64,000 nt of DNA, taken from NCBI GenBank assembly GCA_018396535.1, contig JAGTQC010000002.1:205136-269135 (forward strand). Direction: 5' to 3'. The position numbers and the translations under genes are program-made. Below, in pieces: positions 9,520 through 19,541 of the stretch (positions within the stretch are counted from its first letter, which is position 1; every line of letters begins with the position of its first letter). The notes beneath the pieces were generated by a model. It had not been told where the DNA came from, did no database searches, and worked only from the letters and a program-made list of their open reading frames with translations. This stretch comes from Candidatus Bathyarchaeota archaeon. Lineage in GTDB: Archaea; Thermoproteota; CALKCG01; B24; DRYS01.

Positions 9520-11277
9520 TCATACAGGAATACCTAATTCGCTGAAGCTAACCCTACCCTCAAAATAAATTCTAAGTTTATCTACAAGGTTAAGGGTATC
9601 TACCCTTACCTGACGCCACGTATCTCTATCTCTAAGAGTTACTGTACCATCTTCTAAGCTCCTATAATCCACTGTTACAACTATCGGTATACCGATCTCA
9701 TCAGCTCTCGCATACCTCCTCCCTATAGACCCGGATTCATCGTATTCAACCCTAAATCCTGCATCCTTTATAGATCTATAGATTTGGTAAGCCTTCTCTG
9801 GAAGACCATCCCTAGAAAGTAGTGGGTAGACCGCTATCTGTATAGGAGCTAGATCCTTAGGTAGCTTCAAAACTATACGTCCATCAACCTCGCTATAAGC
9901 GTACTCTAAAACTACGTAAAGCATCCTCTCTACACCGAAGCTAGGTTCGACTACATGTGCTATGAATTTACGTCCACTCTCCTCATAATCCTCTTCGATG
10001 AATCTGATATCGCTAGACTCTATCCTATACCCTTCGATCTCTATCCACCCTTTCTCGGATACAGCTCTCTTAACATCGTATGGATCCATCCTACTTAGAG
10101 TAGCGATTATGGTCTTAGCCTCCTCCCTATACTTAGATCCTATCGATCTATAATCAGGTTTGACTACAAGTTTCTTAGCCTTGATAGGGCTAGGATACTG
10201 TTTAAATACCGTAAGTTCTACTCCACTAAACCTTTGATGTCTACTTAGATCATAGTCTGTCCTATAGTTGTGTCCAGAAACTTCAACCCAACCCCACCTA
10301 GATAGGTATACCTCCTGATCGAAGCCTTGTATAGAGTAATGCGCTCTCTCCGAATCAAGCTTCTCTATAAACCTCTGCTTATCATCGGGAACACCGAGTT
10401 CTCTGAGAAATCTCTTCGCAAGAGCCATAAAGTATGCGAGCCATTCGAGTTTGATTAAACCTTTACCGATAGCTTCACCTACTGTTATAGTTATGGGTTC
10501 ATCCAGCCCTTTAATCCTCTGTTCTGCTGTTAGTATTCTGAGCTCCTCGTTTTCTACTTCGCTTATATATGGGCATGATCTATCCTCTGGATCGAAGAAG
10601 AATTCGAATTCAGCTATCGTAAACTCTCTAAGCCTTATAGGCCCCTGTCTAGGAGATATCTCATTCCTCAGAACCCTGCCTATCTGAGCTACACCAAATG
10701 GTAGGCTACCCCTATTATACTCTAATAACCTCTTAAACGCTATGAATATACCCTGAGCGGTTTCAGGTCTAGCATAACCTATATCACCAGATAGGGGTCC
10801 TATCCTAGTTTCGAACATAGTGAGAAAGTATTCTGGTTTACCAAGTTTAGAACCGCATTGAGGACATCTGATATCGTAGTTATAGACGAGCTTCTCTAGA
10901 TCATCTAGCCCTAATCCTTCGAGTCTACTATCAGGTATGTTAACCGAGTCTTTTATAAGATGATCGAGTCTATAAGCTCTACCACAGCCCGTACATACGG
11001 TCATAGGATCTTTAAAATGTTCTAGATGACCAGATGCTTCAAATACTATTTTAGGAGATACTATAGGCGTCTCTATCTCTAGTAATCCAAGGCGATCTAC
11101 GAAGAATCTCCTCCACTTATCCTCTATCCTCCTCTTGAGTATAACTCCTAGAGGTCCTAGATCTATGAATCCTCTTACACCACCATATATCTCGTATGAA
11201 TGCCATATGAAGCCTCTACGTCTAGCTAGATCCATAACCCTATCGTATAGATCCTCCATAGATATACCCTCTACCAT
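9520..11277 (-). CDS. glyS: Glycine--tRNA ligase (alpha2, archaeal/eukaryotic type)
   Basis: RRGF, ASGHLEHF, RPETAQG, RNEISPRQG, EPSFGVER, SIGRRYARADEIG. Confidence 0.96.
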   Translation of the reverse strand: MVEGISMEDLYDRVMDLARRRGFIWHSYEIYGGVRGFIDLGPLGVILKRRIEDKWRRFFVDRLGLLEIETPIVSPKIVFEASGHLEHFKDPMTVCTGCGRAYRLDHLIKDSVNIPDSRLEGLGLDDLEKLVYNYDIRCPQCGSKLGKPEYFLTMFETRIGPLSGDIGYARPETAQGIFIAFKRLLEYNRGSLPFGVAQIGRVLRNEISPRQGPIRLREFTIAEFEFFFDPEDRSCPYISEVENEELRILTAEQRIKGLDEPITITVGEAIGKGLIKLEWLAYFMALAKRFLRELGVPDDKQRFIEKLDSERAHYSIQGFDQEVYLSRWGWVEVSGHNYRTDYDLSRHQRFSGVELTVFKQYPSPIKAKKLVVKPDYRSIGSKYREEAKTIIATLSRMDPYDVKRAVSEKGWIEIEGYRIESSDIRFIEEDYEESGRKFIAHVVEPSFGVERMLYVVLEYAYSEVDGRIVLKLPKDLAPIQIAVYPLLSRDGLPEKAYQIYRSIKDAGFRVEYDESGSIGRRYARADEIGIPIVVTVDYRSLEDGTVTLRDRDTWRQVRVDTLNLVDKLRIYFEGRVSFSELGIPV

Positions 11278-11361
11278 GTAACCTAGATTCTGAGAGATAG
11301 CTTATTATTAAACTGAACACTCTCTCCTTTATATGTCTAAACTCTGTATGAGGTTAAGTAG

Positions 11362-12105
11362 ATGAGGATTAGGAGAGGATCAGCTGATAAGCCTAGTAGG
11401 ATGCAGGATATAGTAGAAGTCGTATACGATGAAGGTAGATGGAGGCTTCTATCGAATCTAAGATCCGAAGCTAGGGGTATACTAGAAGCGTTGCATAGGT
11501 ATGGTGTAGATGGTTATATACATGGTAGTATAGCTAGAGGTGATGTAGATGAGTATAGCGATATAGATGTAGTTATACCTATAGTGGTAGGATCGCATAG
11601 AGTCGAGCTTGCTCTAGCTAATAGTGGGTATAGGATAGAAGCTAAAAGGATCGTTCAAGCTACACCTAGGAGAGCTATAAAGGCGCATATATATCTAGAT
11701 CTAGAGGGTAGGGTATGCGTAACATTCCCCCTAGTTAAGTTTACTAGGTTAGAATGGGAGTTTTACAAGTTCGGCGGTATATTAGATTTGAATGGAGTAT
11801 TAGCTGGATCGAGGGTTCCAGGTGTATCTAAGAGGTTAACTATGGTAGAGCCTACTAGCTACGGTCATATAGAGTATTCTATACTAGGATTTGAATCAGA
11901 AGCAGCTAGAAAGCTCGGTGTAAGTGAGGATATCGTTCGCGAAAGGATAGAGGTATTGACTAGAAGGGATAGGATAGGTAGGACTGGAGTATACCTATCC
12001 GAAGATATACCTATCGATGAGAGTTTCGAAGAAGCTTTAAGAGATATAGCATCTAGAGACCCGGCTGTTAGAAGGAAGATTAGGTCATCGATATATGAGG
12101 AGTGA
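11362..12105 (+). CDS. Predicted archaeal nucleotidyltransferase (COG2413-like)
   Basis: HGSIARGDV...SDID Pol-beta motif, EFYKFGG, RVPGVSKRL, RRDRIGRTGVY. Confidence 0.85.
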   Translation: MRIRRGSADKPSRMQDIVEVVYDEGRWRLLSNLRSEARGILEALHRYGVDGYIHGSIARGDVDEYSDIDVVIPIVVGSHRVELALANSGYRIEAKRIVQATPRRAIKAHIYLDLEGRVCVTFPLVKFTRLEWEFYKFGGILDLNGVLAGSRVPGVSKRLTMVEPTSYGHIEYSILGFESEAARKLGVSEDIVRERIEVLTRRDRIGRTGVYLSEDIPIDESFEEALRDIASRDPAVRRKIRSSIYEE

Positions 12106-12111
12106 ATAGGT

Positions 12112-13236
12112 ATGGATGGATTACCGATACTAATCCTATCAGCTCTGATGCTATCGCTACTATACATCGTATCTAGAAGGATAGATCTATCTAGATACGG
12201 GTTGGAAGTAGGACCGGTATACATAATGTTGAAGACGGAGAAGGCTATAAAACTACTCGATAGATTAGCAGCTACCTCTAAGATGTTCTGGATAGTATAC
12301 GGTAGGATAGGAGAGTATATAGGTATACCTCTATCAGTATCAGCTATGATATTCCTATCATGGAATCTAGCAAGCTTCATAGTACCTGGAGGGGAGCCTA
12401 GCCCGATACTACCATTCCTACCTGGGGTAACTGTGGATATAGAGCTATTTCTATACCTCCTTATACCTGTAGCTATAGCTATGCTCATACATGAGTTAGC
12501 TCATGGAGTTGTGATGAAGATCGAGAATATACCTGTGAAGAGCGCAGGCATATTCCTAGCTCTACTATTCCTAGGAGCATTCGTCGAACCTGAGGAGGAA
12601 TCCTATAGTAGAGCTGATAGGAGGATTCGGAGACGTATACTAGGAGCTGGTTCGTTAGCTAACCTTATGCTAGGTATAGCATCCATAATCCTCTACTCTA
12701 CGTTATTCACAGCTCCTGAAGGACTTATAATCGCTGAGGTAGAATCTAGTAGTCCATTGAGGAGTCTAGGTGTTGATCGGTGGACGGTTGTATATTCTGT
12801 AGATGGCGTGAAGATGACTAGTATAAGAGAGTTTATGGATTATCTTAGAGGTAGGATCGATAGTTACGTAACCATATATACTAGTACCGGATCCTATACT
12901 GTGAAGGTTTCTAGAGATCTAAGCTATGGCATAGGTGTAAGGCTATACTCTCAACCATATAGGAGGCTTCTAGGCTTGGATATAGCTCCGCTAAACTTCT
13001 ACATCTCCATACTCCTAGCTGGGTTATACTTAGTGAATATAAGCCTAGCATTATTCAATATGCTTCCACTATACCCTCTAGATGGTGAAGGTTATATACT
13101 CAGCTTCCTACATCTCGGCGGTGATACTGGAAGGATTATCAGGATATCTATGAATATACTTATGCTTATACTACTCGTATCGAATATAGGTTTAACGGTT
13201 ACTAGGATAGGATACTTGATAACGGTGAAGCCTTGA
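12112..13236 (+). CDS. Site-2 protease (peptidase M50) with PDZ-like insert
   Basis: HELAH, GAFVEP, AGSLAN, NMLPLYPLDG. Confidence 0.92.
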   Translation: MDGLPILILSALMLSLLYIVSRRIDLSRYGLEVGPVYIMLKTEKAIKLLDRLAATSKMFWIVYGRIGEYIGIPLSVSAMIFLSWNLASFIVPGGEPSPILPFLPGVTVDIELFLYLLIPVAIAMLIHELAHGVVMKIENIPVKSAGIFLALLFLGAFVEPEEESYSRADRRIRRRILGAGSLANLMLGIASIILYSTLFTAPEGLIIAEVESSSPLRSLGVDRWTVVYSVDGVKMTSIREFMDYLRGRIDSYVTIYTSTGSYTVKVSRDLSYGIGVRLYSQPYRRLLGLDIAPLNFYISILLAGLYLVNISLALFNMLPLYPLDGEGYILSFLHLGGDTGRIIRISMNILMLILLVSNIGLTVTRIGYLITVKP

Positions 13237-14177
13237 AGTGTATTAGATGCGGAGGGGAGGCTGTATATCGGAGAGTATACTCTGGAGAGGTATACTGTGC
13301 TAGACACTTCGTATCATCTATAGAGGATAAGGTTAGATCTACTATCAGAAGATATAGGATGCTGGATATAGATGATAGGATAGCGGTAGGGGTATCTGGT
13401 GGAAAGGATAGTTTAACACTCCTAAGAATACTAGCGAAGATAGAGAAGAGCTTCCCTAAAGCTAAGCTATACGCTATAACTATCGATGAAGGTATAGAAG
13501 GATATAGGAGCGGATCTATAGAGCTAGCATCTAGAGAAGCATCTAGACTAGGAGTTGAGCATATAGTAGTATCCTTTGAAGAACTGTATGGTTCAACCCT
13601 AGATTCTATGGTTGAGGAGGCTGGTAGGAGGGGGTTGAAGCTTACACCATGCAGTATATGCGGGGTATTGAGGCGTAAAGCTCTAAACTATACGGCATCT
13701 AGGATAGGTGTGGATAAGCTTGCTACAGCTCATAACCTAGATGATGAAGCTCAAACATTCATAGTGAATATACTACATGGAGATCTATTCAGGCTAGTAC
13801 GTACCAAGCCTGTAACAGATTATAGGAAGGGGTTTGTACAGAGGATAAAGCCTCTTAGAGAGATACCTGAGAAGGAGATAGCGTTATACGCCTACCTTGA
13901 GGGTATAGAGTTTCAATCCGAGCCATGCCCCTATAGGGGTGTATCTCTTAGAAGCGATGTTAGGATGTTCCTTAATATCATGGAGGATAAGCATCCAGGT
14001 ATAAAATTCACTGTGGTTAGGATGTGGGATAGTATAAGATCGGTTATAGAAGAGAATCTACCAGAGGTTGAGCTTAGGAGATGTAGGTTATGCGGGGATC
14101 CATCGATATCTGATATATGCTCAGGATGTAGTATACTAGTATCCCTTGGTTTAAGAAGTTATCAACCCCTAACCTGA
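13233..14177 (+). CDS. ncsA: tRNA 2-thiolation protein (NcsA/TtuA/Ctu1, TIGR00269)
   Basis: N- and C-terminal Zn fingers, PP-loop SGGKDS, CSICGVLRR, TAHNLDDEAQT, CPY. Confidence 0.9.
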   Translation: MKCIRCGGEAVYRRVYSGEVYCARHFVSSIEDKVRSTIRRYRMLDIDDRIAVGVSGGKDSLTLLRILAKIEKSFPKAKLYAITIDEGIEGYRSGSIELASREASRLGVEHIVVSFEELYGSTLDSMVEEAGRRGLKLTPCSICGVLRRKALNYTASRIGVDKLATAHNLDDEAQTFIVNILHGDLFRLVRTKPVTDYRKGFVQRIKPLREIPEKEIALYAYLEGIEFQSEPCPYRGVSLRSDVRMFLNIMEDKHPGIKFTVVRMWDSIRSVIEENLPEVELRRCRLCGDPSISDICSGCSILVSLGLRSYQPLT

Positions 14178-14485
14178 CCGTAGCGTCTAGGACGCTCCAT
14201 ATTCATCCTCCACTTATCTATGAATAACCTATCTACATCTATCTCGATACCCTGAGTCTTCTCCACCAAGCCTATGAAATCTAGGATGTAGAATATGGTA
14301 TCGATAAGCTCTTCGCATACCTTAAGCCAATCCATACCCTTCTTATAAGCATCAGCAGCTTCACCTAACTCTACGAAAGCCCATAGAAGCTTCTGGGTTA
14401 GAGCAGGTTCATCGTTAGGGAAGCCCTTAGCTTCCACTAGTTCTCTAACCATCCTCTTAGCTTCGTTAAAGCTTAGATTACACAT
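14162..14485 (-). CDS. MazG-like nucleotide pyrophosphohydrolase
   Basis: ELGEAADAYKKG...EELIDTIFY all-alpha NTP-PPase motif. Confidence 0.85.
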   Translation of the reverse strand: MCNLSFNEAKRMVRELVEAKGFPNDEPALTQKLLWAFVELGEAADAYKKGMDWLKVCEELIDTIFYILDFIGLVEKTQGIEIDVDRLFIDKWRMNMERPRRYGQVRG

Positions 14486-14631
14486 ACCTAGATCGCTAGA
14501 TTATTTTAGGAGGATTTAAGGTTGTAGTTGAGGTTTAGTATATTCTAGGAGGGCCCCCTCTGGTTTTTCCATAATTTCCCCTATGGCTCCCATCCATAGC
14601 CTATCCATAGATCTGTATATAGATCGTTTAT

Positions 14632-15990
14632 CTAGGGTTTGGATCCTGATAGTTTCTCAAACCATTCTAGATCCTCATCCTCTATCCTCCTATACTCTAC
14701 GATCCTCTTTTCTACAGCCTCCAACTCCTCTTCGAATATACGTTTCAACTCCTCTTCGAATCTAGCCGGATACTTGTAGGGCTCCTCTATCGTCAGGTAT
14801 AGTATTCCTGAAGCTAGCCTACCGATTATGGATACCGTATACATTATAGTCATAGCTTCATGGAATCCGTAGCCTAAGCCTGTAAGCTGATCTAGCAGGT
14901 ATCCTCCTACCGTAGATCCTATGAAGGATGATGATCCAGCTATAGCGTTGTATAAGCTTGTATAGGATCCTCTCATACCCCTAGGCGATATATCGAGTAG
15001 GTATGCGGATAAAGCTACATCAGAAGCAGCGGTTAGTATACCTATCACAAAGTTCACTACTATAAGCTCATAGATAGAGCGAGCTATAGCATATATGAGA
15101 GGTATCAGGAATAAGCCAACCCTACCCAAGACTATGAGAGGCTTACGCCCAGCTCTATCAGCAAGCCTACCGGTAAACCTACGTACAATTATAGCTGTAG
15201 AAGCACTAACAACACTTAGAAGCGATACCTGAAACATATCAGCTCTAACAACCCTAACTATAGTTAACGTAAATAGAGGCCAGCTTAAACCCATAGAGAA
15301 GCCTTGAAACGTAGAAAGTATACAAAGCCTTTTAAAATACCTATTAGATTTCAAAGCCTTAACCCAATCCCTAATAGAGAATGAGTAAAACCCACGGATA
15401 GGCTCCTCCCCAACCTTAAAGATAGCTAAAGCCGCAGCTAGATTAAATACGAAACATAGGATTAAAGGTATACGATACATCTCCCCCACAGACCCGCCAA
15501 CCCTATAGATGATATACCCGGATAGAATAGTCGCAGGCATACTACCTATAGAAGCCATAGCGTTAAGCCTAGCCATAACCCTACCACGATCAGATCCGCT
15601 AGAATACTCACCTAGAAGATAATTCGAAGCAGGAGCAGCCATAGCTAGAAGTACATAAGCAGATAACACAACCAGTATGAAGCTTAACATATCGCTAGCA
15701 AAGATCAATAGTAGAAGAATAAACCCGTATAGCAGAGTACCGAGAGCTATAAAAAGTGTACAACGCTTAACCCTATCCACAACGAAACCCCAAGGTATCT
15801 GAGCTATACTAGGAGAAACAGAGTTTACAGCTTGAACAAAACCCAACTCCGTAGGCGTAGCTCCAAGCTGAGCTGCATAGATAGATATAAACGGGCTTAC
15901 AAACCCAGATCCAAAAGATGATAGGAGAACCCTCCTATACAAAGCCTTCAACACACGCTCCCCAGATCTCTCAAACCTAGATCCAGTCAT
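14632..15990 (-). CDS. MFS transporter
   Basis: About 12 TM; GFVVDRVKR and GRLADRAGRKP motif A; start placed at ATG 15990 (MTGSRF) because the longer ORF overlaps the divergent gene. Confidence 0.9.
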   Translation of the reverse strand: MTGSRFERSGERVLKALYRRVLLSSFGSGFVSPFISIYAAQLGATPTELGFVQAVNSVSPSIAQIPWGFVVDRVKRCTLFIALGTLLYGFILLLLIFASDMLSFILVVLSAYVLLAMAAPASNYLLGEYSSGSDRGRVMARLNAMASIGSMPATILSGYIIYRVGGSVGEMYRIPLILCFVFNLAAALAIFKVGEEPIRGFYSFSIRDWVKALKSNRYFKRLCILSTFQGFSMGLSWPLFTLTIVRVVRADMFQVSLLSVVSASTAIIVRRFTGRLADRAGRKPLIVLGRVGLFLIPLIYAIARSIYELIVVNFVIGILTAASDVALSAYLLDISPRGMRGSYTSLYNAIAGSSSFIGSTVGGYLLDQLTGLGYGFHEAMTIMYTVSIIGRLASGILYLTIEEPYKYPARFEEELKRIFEEELEAVEKRIVEYRRIEDEDLEWFEKLSGSKP

Positions 15991-16124
15991 AACCACTAAA
16001 CCGCTATACCGATAACAGAGAAAATCTATAAAAGCTAATCTATGGATATAGAAATGGATAGCAAAGCAGATATAGACACTTATAGAAGTGGATAGCTTCA
16101 TAGAACTAGGAGGGTTACCGAAGA

Positions 16125-16661
16125 TTGAGGAGGGAGGTTGAAGGAAGAATACTAAGAATACTAGCAAATATAGGAGTAATAGCCCTCATAATGCTAGCCC
16201 TAAGCTTCCTAAACATAAACATACAATCGATACTAAGACTCATACCGCATGAAGGATTCACATTCATAACAGCTATAACAGTTATGATAACAGTCATACT
16301 ATTCTTCATAGCTCTAAGAATCATACTAGATCTCATAAGACTAGTAGATATAGCATCTAACACCCTACTAAAACGCATACCCGGATTCAACCCTGAAAAA
16401 AGCCCATCGATAATCAGAGCATTAAAAGAGATATCGATAGTATTCCTAGCAGCTATAGCGCTATCCATAGCTACACCACTAATAACATCCATACCGAGAA
16501 TAGGAGGATGGATAAACATAGCGTTAACCATAACAGTATTCATATTCTCCCTAATACTACTATACGATGCAGGGAAAACCCTATACGCAGCATTCGAATC
16601 ATCGATACAAACACTCATAGATAGAATAACATTAAAAGATAATACAGAAACTAGACAATAA
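16125..16661 (+). CDS. Hypothetical four-TM membrane protein
   Basis: Four hydrophobic segments; host-like ATA/CTA codon usage; divergent from the MFS gene. Confidence 0.75.
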   Translation: MRREVEGRILRILANIGVIALIMLALSFLNINIQSILRLIPHEGFTFITAITVMITVILFFIALRIILDLIRLVDIASNTLLKRIPGFNPEKSPSIIRALKEISIVFLAAIALSIATPLITSIPRIGGWINIALTITVFIFSLILLYDAGKTLYAAFESSIQTLIDRITLKDNTETRQ

Positions 16662-16674
16662 AACTATAAATCCA

Positions 16675-17694
16675 CTACTTAGTCCTTATACCTATAGCTG
16701 GGATATTCTGCACCAGAGGCATACCATCGCTAAACTGTCCTTCAATAACTATCGTAACATAGCCAGATCCACTACTAGGAGTTTTACTCTCCCCGACGAA
16801 TACAAGGGTTACACTCTGCCCATATCTCACTTCTAACCTATCGAAATCCAATATATATCCACTACTACTCACATTCTTTATACTAAACAATATGTAATTA
16901 CCTATACCGAGCTTTTCATGATAAAGCTTCATATACGAACCCCGTGTTATAATAAGCGTTCTTCCTCGCGGATCATAATTCGTAACATTTATAGTGAAAG
17001 CTATCAAACTACCTGATGGAACCTCAAACCCGGGAAGCCCGCCATCCGGATACTTTAACAATCTATCACCTGATTTAGAGACATCATAATATGTGAAGGA
17101 ATAGAACCAGAGAGTCATAGGTCCGAATTGCGTTTCAGCTAAGTATTCTACAACCTCCCTCCTTACTATAGTTTCTATCTCTGTTTTAGGCGGTTTTAAC
17201 GGCTCAGCTTTCTCTCTCGGATGCAGAACACCTCTATCCGACTCTAAATAGAAGTATATCTGATCCGGGTTTGCAAGACTAGCTAGATCTATCTTAAGTA
17301 CAGAACCCGGCTTCAACATTGGTGGAAGCCTATCCGGAGCCCTCCCATCAACACTTAAACCTAGCACTATACTATTCGGTGGTATAAGATCTACTATATA
17401 CTCTATCCTCCCTTCTCTTATAAGCCATAACCTAGTAAGCGTTACAGTTGTCGATCCTGTATTATTCACTGTTATAGTTGAAGCATCCTCAGATCCTTTA
17501 ACAGATAAGCTTTCCCTAAGCTTTTCGTTTATGAAATTCAATTCTACTATCGCTTGACTTGACGTATACTCCGCCGCCCTCTGATACAAAAGTATAAGCG
17601 GCAGAACTATACTGAATACTAGAGATATTATTATTATACCTCCTATCACAGCTGCCTGACCCTTCCTACCTTTCAAATATCCAACCCCACCCAT
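16675..17694 (-). CDS. Type IV pilin-like protein with an extra C-terminal domain
   Basis: Class III signal KGRKG|QAAVIGGIIIISLV; pilin-like ITVNNTGSTTVTLTRLW...YLESDRG. Confidence 0.75.
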   Translation of the reverse strand: MGGVGYLKGRKGQAAVIGGIIIISLVFSIVLPLILLYQRAAEYTSSQAIVELNFINEKLRESLSVKGSEDASTITVNNTGSTTVTLTRLWLIREGRIEYIVDLIPPNSIVLGLSVDGRAPDRLPPMLKPGSVLKIDLASLANPDQIYFYLESDRGVLHPREKAEPLKPPKTEIETIVRREVVEYLAETQFGPMTLWFYSFTYYDVSKSGDRLLKYPDGGLPGFEVPSGSLIAFTINVTNYDPRGRTLIITRGSYMKLYHEKLGIGNYILFSIKNVSSSGYILDFDRLEVRYGQSVTLVFVGESKTPSSGSGYVTIVIEGQFSDGMPLVQNIPAIGIRTK

Positions 17695-17696
17695 AC

Positions 17697-18332
17697 TTAT
17701 ACACCTCTAAGTTGCAGGCTATCCACTATATAATACTTATCACCTATAGATTCTAGTATCATAAGGATAGGATACCCTTTATCAATCAGAACCCCTATCT
17801 TAGCATCGAGAAGTATACTACAGCCTGATGGACTAGGTTCAGCCCACACCTCGTATACCGTAACCGCCTGAGTATATCCTGTATAGAGCGGCGGCTTATC
17901 CACCGATGGATAAACCCTTGCTAAAGGTATTAGAGAAGCGGAGGGAGAGTAGGGTCTATACATACCTCCATCACCCTTAAGTAGGAGTATACGACATCCA
18001 GGTTGACTAGATAGATCCTTATACACTAGTAGCGTATCGCTATAGTACTCACCCACTACCAGAGAGAACATTATCCTAGCACTACTCGTATCCAACCTCT
18101 TAACAAATATGAAGTGATCTGTTTTATTGAAGTATAGCTCATCTATAACCGTGTTAAACCTTAGCCTAGCTAGCTCACTCTGTATACTCTGATTATAGCT
18201 GGATATAGCAGCTTGAGATGCGAAATAACCGTAGACAGCTAAAGCTATAGCTAAAACCACACCTGTAAGGATAACTACCGATACAGGTTCAGATTGACTC
18301 AACCTCAATTTCATCTTAGAGCGCATAGTCAA
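17697..18332 (-). CDS. Type IV pilin-like protein
   Basis: KMKLRLS|QSEPVSVVILTGVVLAIALAVYGYF: class III-like signal plus hydrophobic helix. Confidence 0.7.
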   Translation of the reverse strand: MTMRSKMKLRLSQSEPVSVVILTGVVLAIALAVYGYFASQAAISSYNQSIQSELARLRFNTVIDELYFNKTDHFIFVKRLDTSSARIMFSLVVGEYYSDTLLVYKDLSSQPGCRILLLKGDGGMYRPYSPSASLIPLARVYPSVDKPPLYTGYTQAVTVYEVWAEPSPSGCSILLDAKIGVLIDKGYPILMILESIGDKYYIVDSLQLRGV

Positions 18333-18504
18333 TCATACTCTTTATAAACATTGAGAATATCTAATTATTAAAGTTTCTGGTTAAAAATCAAAATCGATGT
18401 AACATCTTTCACAAAGGTTAACCCACATCTAAGCTATAAGCTAACCATAGTATTCTAAAACATAACCCAGTTCACAGAGACTTACATACAGCTACCCCAC
18501 ACCA

Positions 18505-19407
18505 TTATAGACTATACGAGGTAGACCTATACTCTGGAAATATGGATGCTGAAAACTCTCTCAACATAGATACAGCCTCCCCTAACGGAACATTCGTCAT
18601 CGAGAAATCTATTATAATACCATCTGCACCTGCTTCGATATACTCATCGATCTTAGATCTCCACTCAGACAGCTTTCTACCTAAACCATCTGGATAAGTA
18701 AACGATGGTACTATACTTATAACCCTACCCCTAGACGCCTCCGATACCCTACGTACTAGATCCCTAAACCTATCTATAGATGTATTCGACATGGGTAGAA
18801 TCCCTACACCATACCTTACGGCTACCTCTATTATCCGATCTGATGAACCACCAACCCATACTGGTGGATAAGGCTTCTGCAACGGTTTAGGCCAGAACGG
18901 TGCTTTAACTACAGAATAGTATCTACCTTGATATGTTACACTACTATCTGATACCCATAGCTTAACTATTATTTCTAAAGCTTCTATCATCCTTGATATA
19001 CGCTCTTCATGACTACCCCAACCTACACCATACGATATAGCTTCTCTTCTAAACCATCCAGCTCCGATACCGAAATTTACACGTCCACCAGAGATTATAT
19101 CCACGGTGGCAACCATCTTAGCTAATCTACCAGGATTATAGAATGGAAGAGGTGAAACCCTAGGGCCAAGCCTTATCCTCTCCGTATAGCAAGCTATAGC
19201 CGATAGAAGAGTCCATGCATCAAGTTTATCAGGCTTACTCGGATCACCACCAGTCCCCTCATAGAATCTCCTCGGTAGGTAGAAGTGATCACCAACCCAT
19301 AAAGTATCGAAGCCAAGCCTATCAGCAGCTATAGAAACCTCCACTATATCCCTATAGCTATATCTTCCATGAGTGGGTAGATGGATACCGAAACCTATAG
19401 ACGACAT
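18505..19407 (-). CDS. LLM-class (luciferase-like, probably F420-dependent) oxidoreductase
   Basis: GFDTLWVGDHF, DAWTLL, RLAKMVATVDIISGGR, GIGAGW, PKPLQKPYPPVWVGG. Confidence 0.9.
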   Translation of the reverse strand: MSSIGFGIHLPTHGRYSYRDIVEVSIAADRLGFDTLWVGDHFYLPRRFYEGTGGDPSKPDKLDAWTLLSAIACYTERIRLGPRVSPLPFYNPGRLAKMVATVDIISGGRVNFGIGAGWFRREAISYGVGWGSHEERISRMIEALEIIVKLWVSDSSVTYQGRYYSVVKAPFWPKPLQKPYPPVWVGGSSDRIIEVAVRYGVGILPMSNTSIDRFRDLVRRVSEASRGRVISIVPSFTYPDGLGRKLSEWRSKIDEYIEAGADGIIIDFSMTNVPLGEAVSMLREFSASIFPEYRSTSYSL

Positions 19408-19541
19408 AAGCTATCCAGCCATAAATTCATACAATATTTATAAATCTTTCCATGAAATAGGATAGCTATAGCATGTATACGAGAAACCATCATGTAGTGT
19501 AGTAGAGAGATGTTTATTAACATGGCTATAACAACTCTATT

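Noticed and set aside
15991-16167. N-terminal extension of the MFS ORF
   Set aside because: It overlaps the divergent gene and promoter region; MFS-like sequence begins near ATG 15990.
16115-16618. 167-aa antisense ORF and the other shadow ORFs (e.g. 1721..2176, 5639..6106, 11865..12488, 43321..43782, 47791..48243)
   Set aside because: They fully overlap well-supported genes on the other strand, are Ser/Ile/Leu-rich and lack motifs, consistent with codon-bias artefacts.
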